DNA from: Thecamonas trahens ATCC 50062
Lineage: Eukaryota > Protista > Apusomonadida
Assembly: GCF_000142905.1 (NCBI RefSeq)
Contig: NW_013657662.1
Location: 62,001 to 126,000, forward strand
Length of the DNA stretch: 64,000 nt
Reading direction: 5' to 3'
The position numbers and the translations under genes are program-made. Positions 42,981 through 54,645 of the stretch are shown piece by piece (position 1 is the first letter of the stretch; each line of letters opens with the position of its first letter). The notes under the pieces were generated by a model. That model ran no database searches and was not told the DNA's origin. It worked only from the letters and a program-made list of their open reading frames with translations.

Positions 42981-44941
42981 CGACCCCCACCCCGACCTCT
43001 GTCTTTGCCTCCTCGGTGGTGGGCCTTGAGGCCGACGAGGTGTGGGCCTCTCTGGGTGCCTTTGGTGCTGTCGTCCCCCTCGAACCCACAAAGGTGGCTG
43101 CCGTGGCCATGGCTGATGGCGCTCCTCCGTCGGCTGTCGGTGCCACTCGCTGCGTCAGCTACGGGTCAAAGGCTGCCGGTGGGCAACAACAGCATGCCCT
43201 CCTTGCTCTGTCAGAGGCAAAGCATCTCGTTCGATGGAAGGTCGTGGCGGCAGACGCGGCTCCGGAGCTGGTCGGCTCGGTCTGGGGCATCGCCCTCACC
43301 CGCATCACCGAGAATGCCGCTACCTACATCGCGCTCTCGGCCACGCTGGCTCGTCCGGCCTCGGAAGACGTGCTTGCTGGTCTGCAAGCCTCATGCCAGG
43401 CTTCACTCTCTGATCTCCGCATGTTCCTGCAGAACAAGCACGAGCTGCTCCGCGTTCGCTTCCGGCCCTACTCGCGCCCACATCTGCTGCTGCAGCAGGT
43501 CTCGGACGCTCTCCTTGCCGACGCCGCCCATGCGCTCGCCCACAACTCGATCGTCTCGTCCATTACCCTCGCGCGCGGCTCGGTCTCCCGCCACGGCGTC
43601 GAGACCCTGATGGAGCTGCTGGCCTCGGCCGCCGGCCTCGCCTCTTCGCTCACCGCCATCACCCTCACCTCGCTCCAGCTCTCTCCACACCTATTGTCGG
43701 CCTTTGTCAGCGGCCTGGCACACTGTCCCATTGCGCTTGCCTCGTTTAAGATTCTCGGCTCGACCCTCGCCGACGACGCCGCCCTCGTTGCCCTCGTCCC
43801 TGCCCTCGAGGCTCTCGCCGACGCCATGCCCTCGCTAGTCCAGCTTGAGGTCCACGTCGGCGACCCGCGCTCGGCCCTGCTCCCGCTCTCGATCACCAAC
43901 CGCGTCCAGCGCAACCGCGCGGCCCAGCTCGAGCACCCGGACGCCGTCGCTGGCCTCGAGGCCCTCGACCTCGTCACAAACCCCGAGGTTGACCCGGAGC
44001 TTGCCGCCCGCGTCGCCCGTACCCTCGCCACCGCACCCAAGCTCAAGTCGCTGTGGATTCATGACGTTGGCGGCGCCCCGCAGGCGGTGGAGGCTCTCAT
44101 CCGCGCTGGCCTCGGCGCGCCCAAGCTCGAGGCCTTCCGCCTCTCGCGCACCCGCCGCCAGCCGCTCACACAACCCTTCCTCTACCCGCTCGTCGACGCT
44201 ATCCTCTCTGCTCCGCACCCGGACGCCCTTGCCCTCCGCTACCTCGAGCTCTCCGGTCTTGAGCTCTCCACCATTGCCGAGGGCGACTCGTCGCCGCTCC
44301 TCGCGTCACTCCTCGCGCTCATTCGCGCAAACACCCCGCTGCAGGTCCTCGTCGCCCCACAGGACGGCGTCGTCGCCGAATCTGTCCTCACCGCTCTTGC
44401 CGCCGCCGTCTCGGACTCAAACTCCTCGCTCCTTGTCCTCGAGCTCGGCTCGCCCTCCTCACACGCGCCCGTTCCGACCCGCATCGCATCGGTCGCTGAC
44501 GGCATGGCCTTTGGCCAGCCTGGCCTCGCTCTCCTCGCCTCGGCCCTCCTTGCCAACCGCGACCGCGCCATCAAGGACATCGTCGCCCACCTCGCTGCCA
44601 ATGACCCGAACACCACCATCCTTCACTCGGAAATCCTCGTCGACGAGCACTCGCTCCTCCACGGCGGCCTCGCCGATGCCCTCCGCACCAACACCGTCGT
44701 CGAGACCATCCGCCACTTTCACACCAATGACGCCGCGGCCGTTGCCCTCGGCGAAGCCCTGCTCGACAACCCCCGCTCCGGTGTCCGTCTCATCCAGCTC
44801 GACGGCGCGCTCACCCACCCGACCTGTGCCATCTTTACCCAGCTCGTCCACGCCCGTGAGAACCTCTCCGTATCGCTCGGCCCGGCCAACCCGTACAACG
44901 AGCAGTCACGCTCATTTGCCCACTCTCCGGCCTCTGTCTGA
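42981..44941 (+). CDS. RNI-like/tropomodulin-like leucine-rich repeat protein; 5' end lost in the gap
   Basis: Long ORF with coding-like codon use. LRR-like segments include LAHNSIVSSITL, LRYLELSG, LAANDPN and LADALRTNTVVETI...DAAAVALGEALLDN. Confidence 0.55.
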
Positions 44942-44963
44942 CTACCGGTACCTTCGCCGCCGC

Positions 44964-46436
44964 TCACTCGCGACGTCGCAACTTTGCCACCCGCTCGCCT
45001 ACCCTCAGCACGGCCTCGATCTCCGCAACCTGAGCCTCAGCCCATGCCACTACCTCGGCCCGGACAGCCGCTCGTCCCGCCGCCGCGCTCGCTCCGTCGC
45101 GCTGCAGCTCCCCGAGCAACCACTCGCTCGCCGCCTGCGGCTCGTCGCCACCCACAGACACCAGACCAGAGACGCCTGCCCCCCGCAGCGCATCCACCAC
45201 CGGAGCCGCTGCACCCAAGTTTGGCCCGACCGCTACCGGCGCGCCCTCACCGAGTGGCTCGATCACGTTGTGCGAGCCAATGATCGGCGTAAACGAGCCT
45301 CCCATGACCACCCCGGACGGCCCGGCCGCGTACAGCTGCGAGAGCACGCCCATCTCGTCCACAACCACGGCACAACCCGGCGGGACCTCGCCGCGCGCCT
45401 CTGACCACAGAATCAAGCTGCGCTCGAGCTCAAACCCGGCGTCACGGAGGCCATCGACCGCCGCGCCAAGCGCGTCCATGTGCCGCGGCGCTACCACCGT
45501 CACCGCCTCCGGTGCGGCCACCCGCACCTGCTGCGCCACCCGCGCCACCAGGCCCATCTCGGCAGCATGCACACACGAGGCCATCCACCACGGCCCGGGA
45601 AAGACCAGTGGCCCGCCCTGCCGCCTGGCCCCACGCCCTCTGCTGCCGAGTGTACCCAGCGCTCCTAGCGCCTTGATCGGCGGCATGGCCAAAACACGCG
45701 TCGCGTCACCGGCCATGTGCGCACGGGCAAACGTCCGCATGTCCGCATCCGGCGAGGCAATGACATCAAACGCCGAGCCAAGACCACGGAGTGCGTCAGC
45801 AGCCAACCCCAGCCCGAGCCAGCGCTTCTGCGACTTGGCCGACATCCGCGCATCGAGCAGCATCAGCGCGTCGACGCGAGCTGCTGCGCCGAGCACAAGC
45901 GCCGGCCACAGCTCCGACTCGAGGACGACTCCGATGTGCGGCGAGCCGATAGCGTCGAGAAAGGCATCCACCGCCTGCGGCGCATCATGCGGCGCAGCAG
46001 CAACATCCACTCTCCCGCCACTCTCGGCTGCCGCCTTTTCCAGCGCCGCCACCCCGGACGCCGTGCCGACCGAGACCACCGCCGACCGCTCGCCACTCTC
46101 GCTCCCGCTGCCGTCCAGCCACAGCTCCGCCAGCAGCAAGCCGGCCTTGCTCTCGCCCACCGACGCGCCATGGACCCAGAGCCGGCTCCCGCACTTGGAC
46201 ACACCGCCATCCTCGCCACCAACCCGTCCCGCCATAGCCTCGTAGCGCCCGCCGACCCGGCGCCACCCTCCCCATGCCCGCACCGCCGGGAACATCGCAC
46301 GCGCCACAGCCAGGTATGCGCCCAGCGCCGGCGATCGCACAGGGCTTGCCATTCTGACGCCCTCGATTCCGAAGTCCTGCACCACCACTTGGCTCTGCTT
46401 TGCCGAGTCGAGTCTACCACCGCTTGCCTTGCCCAT
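44964..46436 (-). CDS. kdtA: 3-deoxy-D-manno-octulosonic acid (Kdo) transferase, KdtA/WaaA (GT30); start may be the ATG at 46352
   Basis: LWVHGASVGE, APHD, ESELWPALV, DARMSAKSQKRW, VAPRH, VVDEMGVLSQLY, VMGGSF and GSHNVIEP. Confidence 0.88.
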   Translation of the reverse strand: MGKASGGRLDSAKQSQVVVQDFGIEGVRMASPVRSPALGAYLAVARAMFPAVRAWGGWRRVGGRYEAMAGRVGGEDGGVSKCGSRLWVHGASVGESKAGLLLAELWLDGSGSESGERSAVVSVGTASGVAALEKAAAESGGRVDVAAAPHDAPQAVDAFLDAIGSPHIGVVLESELWPALVLGAAARVDALMLLDARMSAKSQKRWLGLGLAADALRGLGSAFDVIASPDADMRTFARAHMAGDATRVLAMPPIKALGALGTLGSRGRGARRQGGPLVFPGPWWMASCVHAAEMGLVARVAQQVRVAAPEAVTVVAPRHMDALGAAVDGLRDAGFELERSLILWSEARGEVPPGCAVVVDEMGVLSQLYAAGPSGVVMGGSFTPIIGSHNVIEPLGEGAPVAVGPNLGAAAPVVDALRGAGVSGLVSVGGDEPQAASEWLLGELQRDGASAAAGRAAVRAEVVAWAEAQVAEIEAVLRVGERVAKLRRRE

Positions 46437-46552
46437 ACCCTCGCCGCGCCGCGGCCGTCTCTGATCCGTGGGTCACTCTGGGCCACACACACCTCGCTGC
46501 AGCAAAGCAAGCACATGGATGACATTCAATTGTGTGCCTCAAGGCAAAAAGG

Positions 46553-49500
46553 TTACTCAAAGCCGGCGGCAAGGCCAATGACCTCACGGAGGCCGTCGTG
46601 GACAAGGTGCCTGGTGACGCTAAGCGAGTACGGGACGATCGAGTACGATGGCTTGGCTGAGAGGAGCTGGTAGTACGGGTGCGCCGAGCGCGCCGCGTTA
46701 AAGACCACCTTCTTGGCCGCAGTCCGCTTGGTGTACGAGGGATAGACCTTGGCAGTCACCGCGAGCGTGAACCGGACCGGGTCGAGGATGCCCTCAAAGA
46801 TGACGTCGACGGCGATCGAGAACACATACCGCTCCGAGTCGCCGCACGGGCCGCGCGGGAAGAGCCGCCGCTCCGACTGGACCGAGAGCGAGGCAACGAC
46901 GGCTGCGACGCCGTCCTTGCCACCGCTCCGCGGCTCAAACGTGTCGACCGGCAGCTCAAAGTGATCCTCGGGGTCAAAGTTGGCGAGCGGCGAGACATAG
47001 ACTCCGGCGCACGCGGCAACCTTGAGCGGGCCACCGAGCGACGTTGAGGCGCCTGCTGCCGCCGCCGGCGGTGCCGCCGCCACCTCGAACCGAATCTTGC
47101 GGGCATGCCCGATGATGAGGCAGTACTGCAGGCCGTGCCGCTTGCGCTTGACAGCCACAGGCACGTACTGCGTGCCCTCAGCCTCGAGGACAGTAAACCG
47201 GGTCGCAAGTGGCACCGTTTCCACCGTCCGCGGGTCGTCCGAGAGCACGCCGTGGAAAACGGTAAACGGCTCGGGCCGCACGCCATGCCGCTCGACAGAG
47301 TACGCCACACTCGGCCGCGTGTGGACAAAGCCGGTGATAGCTGGCTCCTTGGCCCGCGCCTCGAGCTTGCGCCGCTGATGGGCAGCGAGCTCTTGCTCAG
47401 TTCCGTGCGCCACGTGGGCAGACTGAATCATCGACTCGCGCGGCGCGGCTCGACGCCGCATCTTGCGGATGACATGCTCGCCCTTGGCCCGCGCGTACTC
47501 GGCTTCGCTCATCGACGCGTGCTTGGCTGAGTTGTACGCTGCGCGCTCTGCGCGCGTCAGCCGAGACTTGCGCTTGCCCTCTAGCGCGAGTGGGAGCCAT
47601 GGCTTGTCCACCCGCCGCAGCACCTTTTCCTCCGCCACCCGCTCGGCGCGCCGTGCCCGATGGGCAGCCTTGCGCCGCTCGTACTCATCGCGCCCATAGA
47701 ACTCCATCTTGGCCCGCGCGTACTCCTTCTTATCCTCGCGGGTAAACTGCGACCGCGGCTTGTTGCGCAGGTGCAGCGGGACCCACCCGGCGTGCTCCTT
47801 GGTCGACGCAGTGGTCGTTCCAAGCGATAGCAGTGTGCTGTCGCCGCCCTCGGCCACTGACAGCCGCAGCAGCTCGAGCTCCTGCCAGTCCTCCATCCGC
47901 TGTGCCCGCTTCAGCTGCCGGTTTCGCCGGTAAGCTTCGTAGCCGGCAGGCCCCATCGCCTCGCGCTTGGCGCGGAAGTACCGCTGAAAGTCGGCTCGCG
48001 TAAAGTCGACCTTGGGCTTGCCCACCAAGTCGCGCGGAACCCACGCCTCGTCCTCGCCCTCGTCGTCCGACGACACTTCCTCCAACCTAGCCGCCAGCTC
48101 GGCAATTCGCGCCTCGGCCAGCTCGACCTCGGTCGGCGCCAGATGCGAGCTGTTGACGCCGGCGGCCGCTGACCGCGCACTTCCACGCCCACCGGCGGGC
48201 GCCAAGCCCGACGCGGCCTCCGACCCGCTCGAGTCCGAGCCGGAGCCGATATCTGGGCCGGGGCTCGAGCTGGAGCTTGCGCTTGCACTTGCGCTCGAGT
48301 TAGAGTCCACACCCGAGTTGTGGCTATCAGACGCGCTGTCCGACGACTCGCGGTTCGAGTTGCGCGACCGCTCCACGTTGCGCAGGAACGCCCGCTTGGC
48401 CTTGACGTATGCCTTCTTGTCATCCTCGGTAAAGGCGGACTTGGCCTTGTTTCGCAGGTTGTCTGGAATCCATGACCGGTCGGCCTTGGTAGCCTCGCGC
48501 TGCTCTTCCTTGGTGAGCGAGATCCGGTCGCGCCGCGACGAGCTCTCACCATCGTCCTTGGTGCTCCGCTGCGACCGGTGCCGCTCCCGCTGACGACGGT
48601 ACTCGTTGTCGCCAAGGAACTCGCGTTTGGCACGGTTGTATGCCTTTTTGTCAGCGCGAGTAAACTCGGACCGTGGCTTGCCCTGCAGATGCTCGGGCAC
48701 CCACGACTTGTCGCGGCCTGCCTTGGCCTTGGTCGGCGATGCCTCGGTCGGCTCCACCGAAGAGACTTCTGCCGCCGGCAACTGCAGCTTGGCAGCCTCC
48801 AGCTCAGCCCGCTTTGCTCTCAACAGCTCCTGGTACGCCTCCTCGCCGAGGAACTCGCGCTTGGCCTTGGCGTACCGCTTCTTGTCATCGCGGGTAAACT
48901 GAGCTTTGGGCTTGGTCTGCAGATCGGCAGGCACCCACGACCGGTCGCGCTGCGCCTTGTCGAGCACTTCGGCGCGCGTCGGTGACCTGGGCGCCTCGGC
49001 TTCAGGCTTGAGTTCGGGCTTGGGCTGAGGTTTGGCTTCCGCTCCAGGCTCTGCCTCTGCCTTTGCTTCGGCCATTGCCATTGCCTCGGCCTTTGCCTTT
49101 GCCTCGGCCTTTCCTTGGCTTCGGCATTTCCTTGGCTTCGGTCTTGGCCTTGGCTTCGGCCTCGGCCTCGAGCTCCTTCAACCGGGCCTCGAGCTCGGCA
49201 CGATCCCTCTCGTCGTCGAGAGCTAGCTGCTGCTCGCGCCACTCACGCTGCGCAGCCAGGTACTCGGCCCGCTCGGCGGCTGTAAACTCACGCCGCTTCT
49301 TGTCGCGCAGGTGGAGAGGGACCCACTCCGGCACCTCATTCCGGGTGATGTCCAGCGCCGCGAGCACAGCCGAATTGGTCACAACCTCGGAGCTAGCCTC
49401 GGAGCCCGAGTCCGAGTCCGAGTCTGCACCCAACGCCGGCGGCGGCGCCTGGGTCAACTCCTCCTCGGAGGTGGGGGAAGCTGCGGTCGCCAAAGGCGCT

Positions 49501-52500
49501 TCAGTACCACTCTCGCCCTCCTTTCGCGACTCCTTTCGTGACGCCTTGAGCGACTCGTACGCATCCGAGCCCAGGAACTCGCGCTTGGCGCGCATATACG
49601 CCTTCTTGTCATCGCGCGTGTACTCCGACTTGGGCTTCTCGCGCAGGTGCTGGGGCACCCACGAGCGATCCGTCCTGTCGACCACCGGGCCGACTTCGCC
49701 GAGCGAGTCCGACTTGGACTTTTTGTTGGCTCGGAGCTGCTGGTAGGCCTCGCGACCCAGAAAGTCGCGCTTCGCCCTGTTATACCGCTTCTTGTCGTCG
49801 CGAGTGAACTCGGCCTTGCGCTTCTCGCGCAGATCCGCAGGTACCCACGACCGGTCTTCTTTGGCTTTGCGGGTCAGCGTCGCCGGCTCGGGCCGCTTGG
49901 CGACTTCCGGTGTAGCCGCCAGGTCGGCCTCGGCGCTCGCACCGCTCTCGTTCACCGCGTCCTCTTCCTTGCGCGACCGCCGCTCGCGTAGCCGGCGCTC
50001 GTACTCGTCCTTGCCCAGAAAGTCGCGCTTGGCCTTGGCGTACCGCTTCTTGTCGGCACGGGTAAACTCGGACTTGGGCTTGTACCGCAGATCGGCAGGC
50101 ACCCACGGGCGATCGTCGTCATCAGCAGCATCGGTCGCCGGTCCACTAGGCTCGGCCGTGGTTCCAGCTTCGCTCTCGTCCGCCGCCTCCTCCTTGCGCG
50201 ACCGCCGCTCGCGCAGCCGGCGCTCGTACTCGTCCTTGCCCAGAAAGTCGCGCTTGGCCTTGGCGTACCGCTTCTTGTCGGCTCGAGTAAACTCGGACTT
50301 GGGCTTGCCTTGCAGATCGACAGGCACCCACGAGCGGTCGTCGTCATCAGCAGCATCGGTCGCCGGTCCACTAGGCTCGGCCGTGGTTCCAGCTTCGCTC
50401 TCGTCCGCCGCCTCCTCCTTGCGCGACCGCCGCTCGCGCAGCCGGCGCTCGTACTCGTCCTTGCCCAGAAAGTCGCGCTTGGCCTTGGCGTACCGCTTCT
50501 TGTCGGCACGGGTAAACTCGGACTTGGGCTTGCCTTGCAGATCGACAGGCACCCACGAGCGGTCGTCGTCATCAGCAGCATCGGTCGCCGGTCCACTAGG
50601 CTCGGCCGTGGTTCCAGCTTCGCTCTCGTCCGCCGCCTCCTCCTTGCGCGACCGCCGCTCGCGCAGCCGGCGCTCGTACTCGTCCTTGCCCAGAAAGTCG
50701 CGCTTAGCCTTGGCGTACCGCTTCTTGTCGGCACGGGTAAACTCGGACTTGGGCTTGCCTTGCAGATCGGCAGGCACCCACGAGCGGTCGTGGTCGTCAC
50801 CATCGTCCTTGCCCTTCTCGTTCTCGACACTCTTTGGTGCTGCTGCTGGCGGCGTCTTGTTCTCCATGCCAGTGGCAGCGAGGCCGAGGTCCGACTCGAG
50901 CGACGACTGGCGCGATGACTGGCGCGACGACTGGCGAGAGTTGGAGCGCAGTTCCATAATCTTGGCAAATGCCTCGTCGCCGAGATGCTTGCGCTTCGCC
51001 TCGTTGTACGCCTTTCTCTCCTCACGGGAGAGCGAAGTGCGCGGCCGGTTGCGAAGGCCGTCAGGAACCCACGGGTCGCTCGAGGTATTTGCACCAAACC
51101 GCGGCGAGTGCGACGGCGAGAGCGGTGCCGAGTCAGGCAGGGCCAGTTTGCCGTCGTCGGTCGAGCGGGGCGCGCCGGGGCGGCGCTTGCGCTCCTTGAG
51201 CGCGAGGTATGCCTCGGTGCCCATGTATGCGCGCTTGGCCTTGTTGTACCGCTTCTTGTCCTCGCGAGTGTACTCAGCCTTGGGCTTGAGCCGCAGATTC
51301 TCCGGGAGCCACGACTTGTCGTCAGCGTGCTCGGAGGCAGTCACCGGCGGTGTCGGCTCGCTAGCGGACGGCATTGCCGCAGACGGCTCTTCAGCCTTGC
51401 CGCGTGCCTTGGCCTTGGCTGCCTGGTATGCCTCGGCACCAAGAAACGCGCGCTTGGCCTTGTTGTACCGCTTCTTGTCCTCGCGGGTGTACTCGGCCTT
51501 GGGCTTCTCGCGCAGGTCGGCAGGCACCCACGACCGGTCCTTCCCGCCGTCGGCCGGGAACGAAGACTTCTCTTTGCCCGGCGACGGCGCGTGCACGATG
51601 ACCGGACCGGACATAGAGGTGGGCAGCTCCGGCAGCGGGCGCTTAGGCGAGCTCGGCGGGCGCGCAGGGTCGGCGGCGGCGACGGCGGTGGCCGCGCTGC
51701 CGGACTCGTTCGACGTCTTGGCCGCCTGGCGCATCTCGTTGTACACCTCTTGACCAAAGTAGTCGCGCTTGGCCCTGTTGTATCGCTTCTTGTCCTCGCG
51801 AGTAAACTCTGACTTGGGCTTGGTCCGCAGGTCGGCAGGCACCCACGAGCGGTCGGCTTTGGGGTCGGCTTTGGGGTCGGATGACGCGGGTAGGTCCGGC
51901 TTGGTCGGCGACGGCGGCAGGACGCGCGGCGACATTGAGAGCACACCGCCCGATTCACCGGTAGCCTTGACCGCCCGCAGGCGCTTGTACTCGGCCTCGC
52001 CGAGGAACGCGCGCTTGGCCTTGTTGTACCGCTTTTTGTCATCGCGGGTAAATTGGGACTTGGGCTTGTCGCGCAAGTCGAGCGGAATCCACGACCGATC
52101 CTTGGTGGCGTCGGGCACAATGAGAGCAGCAGGCGCAGACATGGCCGAGTTGGCGCCGGGATCCGAGTCTTCGGCGGCGGCGGCCTCGGCGGCTGCCGCC
52201 CGCAGCGCCTTGCGGCGCTTGTGCTCGGCATGCACCAGCGCCCGCTCCTCGGGCGTCATCGCATGAAGCTTGGCCTTCTTGTACCGGTGCTTTTCTTTCG
52301 GCGTCATTTCCGACACCGGCTTGCCGCGCAAGTCCTCGGGAATCCACGATCGGTCGCGCGACGTCGACATCTCTTCCAGAATTGACGACCGCTCGTGCGG
52401 CGCATGACTTCCGGACGACTCGGCCGGCGCGCGCGGCGCGACGTGGCGCGCGAACCGCGACCGCGCTGCTGCGCGCGCCTCGGACTCGAGTCGCGGGTGC

Positions 52501-53832
52501 AACCCGGGTTCGGCGCCGGCATCGGCCTGCACGCCACCATCGTCGAGCGCCTCGGCACGGACAGCCTCCAATGCCTCGGCTCGCGCTTTGCTGCGAGCGC
52601 GAGACTGATCTGCCCGCCGCTCTGCGTGACGTTGGGCCTTGCTGGACGATGCACGCTGCGCCTCTACCTGCTCGTCGTATGAGCGGGCAAAGTCAATGGC
52701 CTCGGGCCGGACGCCGGTCGACCGAGCTGCCGCCTGTCGGCACTGCGCACGCTCCATCGAGCTCAGCAGCGGCTTGGGCTTGGGCAGCTTGACCACGCCG
52801 GACTGTGACATGATCTCCTCGCGGACGAGAACAAACGCCTCGGCCCGCGCCCGACGCCGCAGCCGCGACTGCTCCATCCGCCGCGCAGCATGGCGCGCCA
52901 GCTTGCGCTGCATTTCGGAGCCAGACGCCACCGGAGGCACGCACTCGGCACCAGCATGCCGCAGCGCACGCCGCTCCGCATCGTTGTCGTTGTCCTTGCG
53001 CTCGGTGCTTTTGGCAATCCGGATCGGCCGCGAAGCCGGCTTGAGCGGGCTTGGCGCCGGCTCGCCGTCAAAGCCGGCCGAGTTCGACCGTGGCGTCGGG
53101 CCCTGCGGCGTGGGCATCTCGATCTCGATTGAGAGCTGCACGTCCATTTCGCTGTTGCTGCTCGCGGCAGCGTCGTCGTCATCAGAGAGCTCAGGTGACG
53201 AAGAAGCCGACGAAGAGTTGGCCTCGGGAACTGGCGAAGACGTCGGGCCTCCGGCCTCCAACGGCGGCGAGTGCGCCTCGTCTGCCGCGGCAGCCTTGCC
53301 CTCGCCGTCTTCTTCCGACGGCAGGACCTGCTCAGGCTCGACAAGTCCAGCAGCAACCGCCGCCCACTGCGCCATCATCATGTCTGTCTGCAGCACCATC
53401 GCCTCGTTCTCGTCCGACATCTCGCCGGCGGCGTCCCCACTCACCGCTTCGGACTCGCGGCGGGAGAGCACCTTGGTCGGCGTCGGCACTCGATCAAGGC
53501 TGTCCCCGTACAAGCCGAGTAGAGCCCCAACCAGAACCGCAGCACCCCATACCACACCCGCAGCACCCCATACCACACCCACCACAGTGCGTACCGCACC
53601 CGCCACACAACCTGTGAGTTTCACCTCTAGCTCTGGCTACCTCGTCGTGAAGGCACCGCCCAAAAAATGGCCTTCTTCCGCTGGCAAGCCGCCACCACCA
53701 CCTCCCGCCGACCGGGCGAGGAGGCACAACGTACTTGCCAGACGCCAGCATGGCCTCCCACTTGGCGGCCTGCTTCATAGACGCCTCCTCGGCCAAAAGC
53801 CGAGCAGCGTCATCCCCACCAGGCTCTGACAT
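46553..53832 (-). CDS. Large (~2,350 aa) protein with 19 copies of an unrecognised ~40-aa repeat and a C-terminal DUF3694-like (RABGAP1/kinesin-3-associated) domain; intron 53500-53734; frameshift(s) near 49110-49129
   Basis: Two long ORFs share the repeat DRSWVPxDLxxKPKSEFTRxDKKRYxKAKRxFLGxxxY. The GTACGT...GACAG intron joins MSEPGG...LASG to NLDRVPTP in frame. The C-terminal AVDVIFEGILDPVRFTLAVTAKVYP resembles RABGAP1 DUF3694. Confidence 0.75.
49966..50790. repeat. Near-identical 225-bp (75-aa) coding tandem repeat, ~3.6 copies
   Basis: Segments recur with a 225-bp offset; for example, the ORF copies at 50146 and 50371 differ at only two residues. Confidence 0.92.
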
Positions 53833-54002
53833 GTGCAGGGGAGGGAGGGGAGAGGACAGTGGTGCAACGCAGTGGTGCGCTGCCACGACCACGACCGTGC
53901 CAAGGCAAACGTGTTGATCATGATCATGATCGGCCATGACGACCGCGTTGGCGATCGCGATCGGAGCTGGCAGCGCCACACCCATCTCTGCCGCCTCCCG
54001 CC

Positions 54003-54602
54003 ATGCTCCGGACACGGACTGTTGTGAGCTCGCTGTCGGGCCTTCGCGCTGCTGCGGGAGCCTCCATGGCGATGCCTACCCGCACTGCATACACATGGGA
54101 CCAGCGTGCCGAGGCTGAGCGCCTCCGCGTTGAGGAGGGCCGCGTACGTCGTCCTCTTCCTCGTCTCCCCTCCCCTTCCAACCCCCCAACCCCAACCCCC
54201 CCTACCGCACCACCTCCCACCCGTCGCAGAGACTTGCTCTGGTGGCTCGCCTCCCCCTCCCCCTCCCCCCTCTCGGCACGTTACTCACCATTTCATACTC
54301 TTCTGCGCTCTGGGGGGTGGCACTGCGCGGTATGATTGCAGCTCCATGAGGAGGCCGATGTGCTTGACGAGCCCATTATTTTCGACACCGACCCGTACAT
54401 CACGCCCGGGCGGGCGCTCGGCGCGCTGGGGCTGGCCTTTGTGGGCATCGGCGCCTTTTACGGATTCTTGACCATCATCGATCCGTCGCAGTCAAACCCA
54501 GCCGTTCCGCGCGAGTTCCCCTTCAACGGCCTCCATGTCGAGCTCGGTGGTGATCCCGATGTCGTGCCGGCCACCGCTTCCGCCGATGCCGCCGACGAGT
54601 AA
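54003..54602 (+). CDS. NDUFB8: Mitochondrial complex I subunit NDUFB8 (ASHI); intron 54144-54341
   Basis: R/S-rich presequence, a single TM helix (ALGALGLAFVGIGAFYGFL), and the C-terminal PAVPREFPFNGLHVELGGDP typical of fungal/plant NDUFB8. The GTACGT...TTGCAG intron is in phase. Confidence 0.8.
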
Positions 54603-54645
54603 ATGATCTTGTTCCCCCTCCCTCTCTCCTCTCCGCCGTCTGCCT

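Noticed and set aside
49966-50790. Regular direct repeats that might suggest a CRISPR array (also 41468-41779)
   Set aside because: Unit lengths are multiples of three, lie within ORFs and lack unique spacers. The context is eukaryotic and there are no cas genes.
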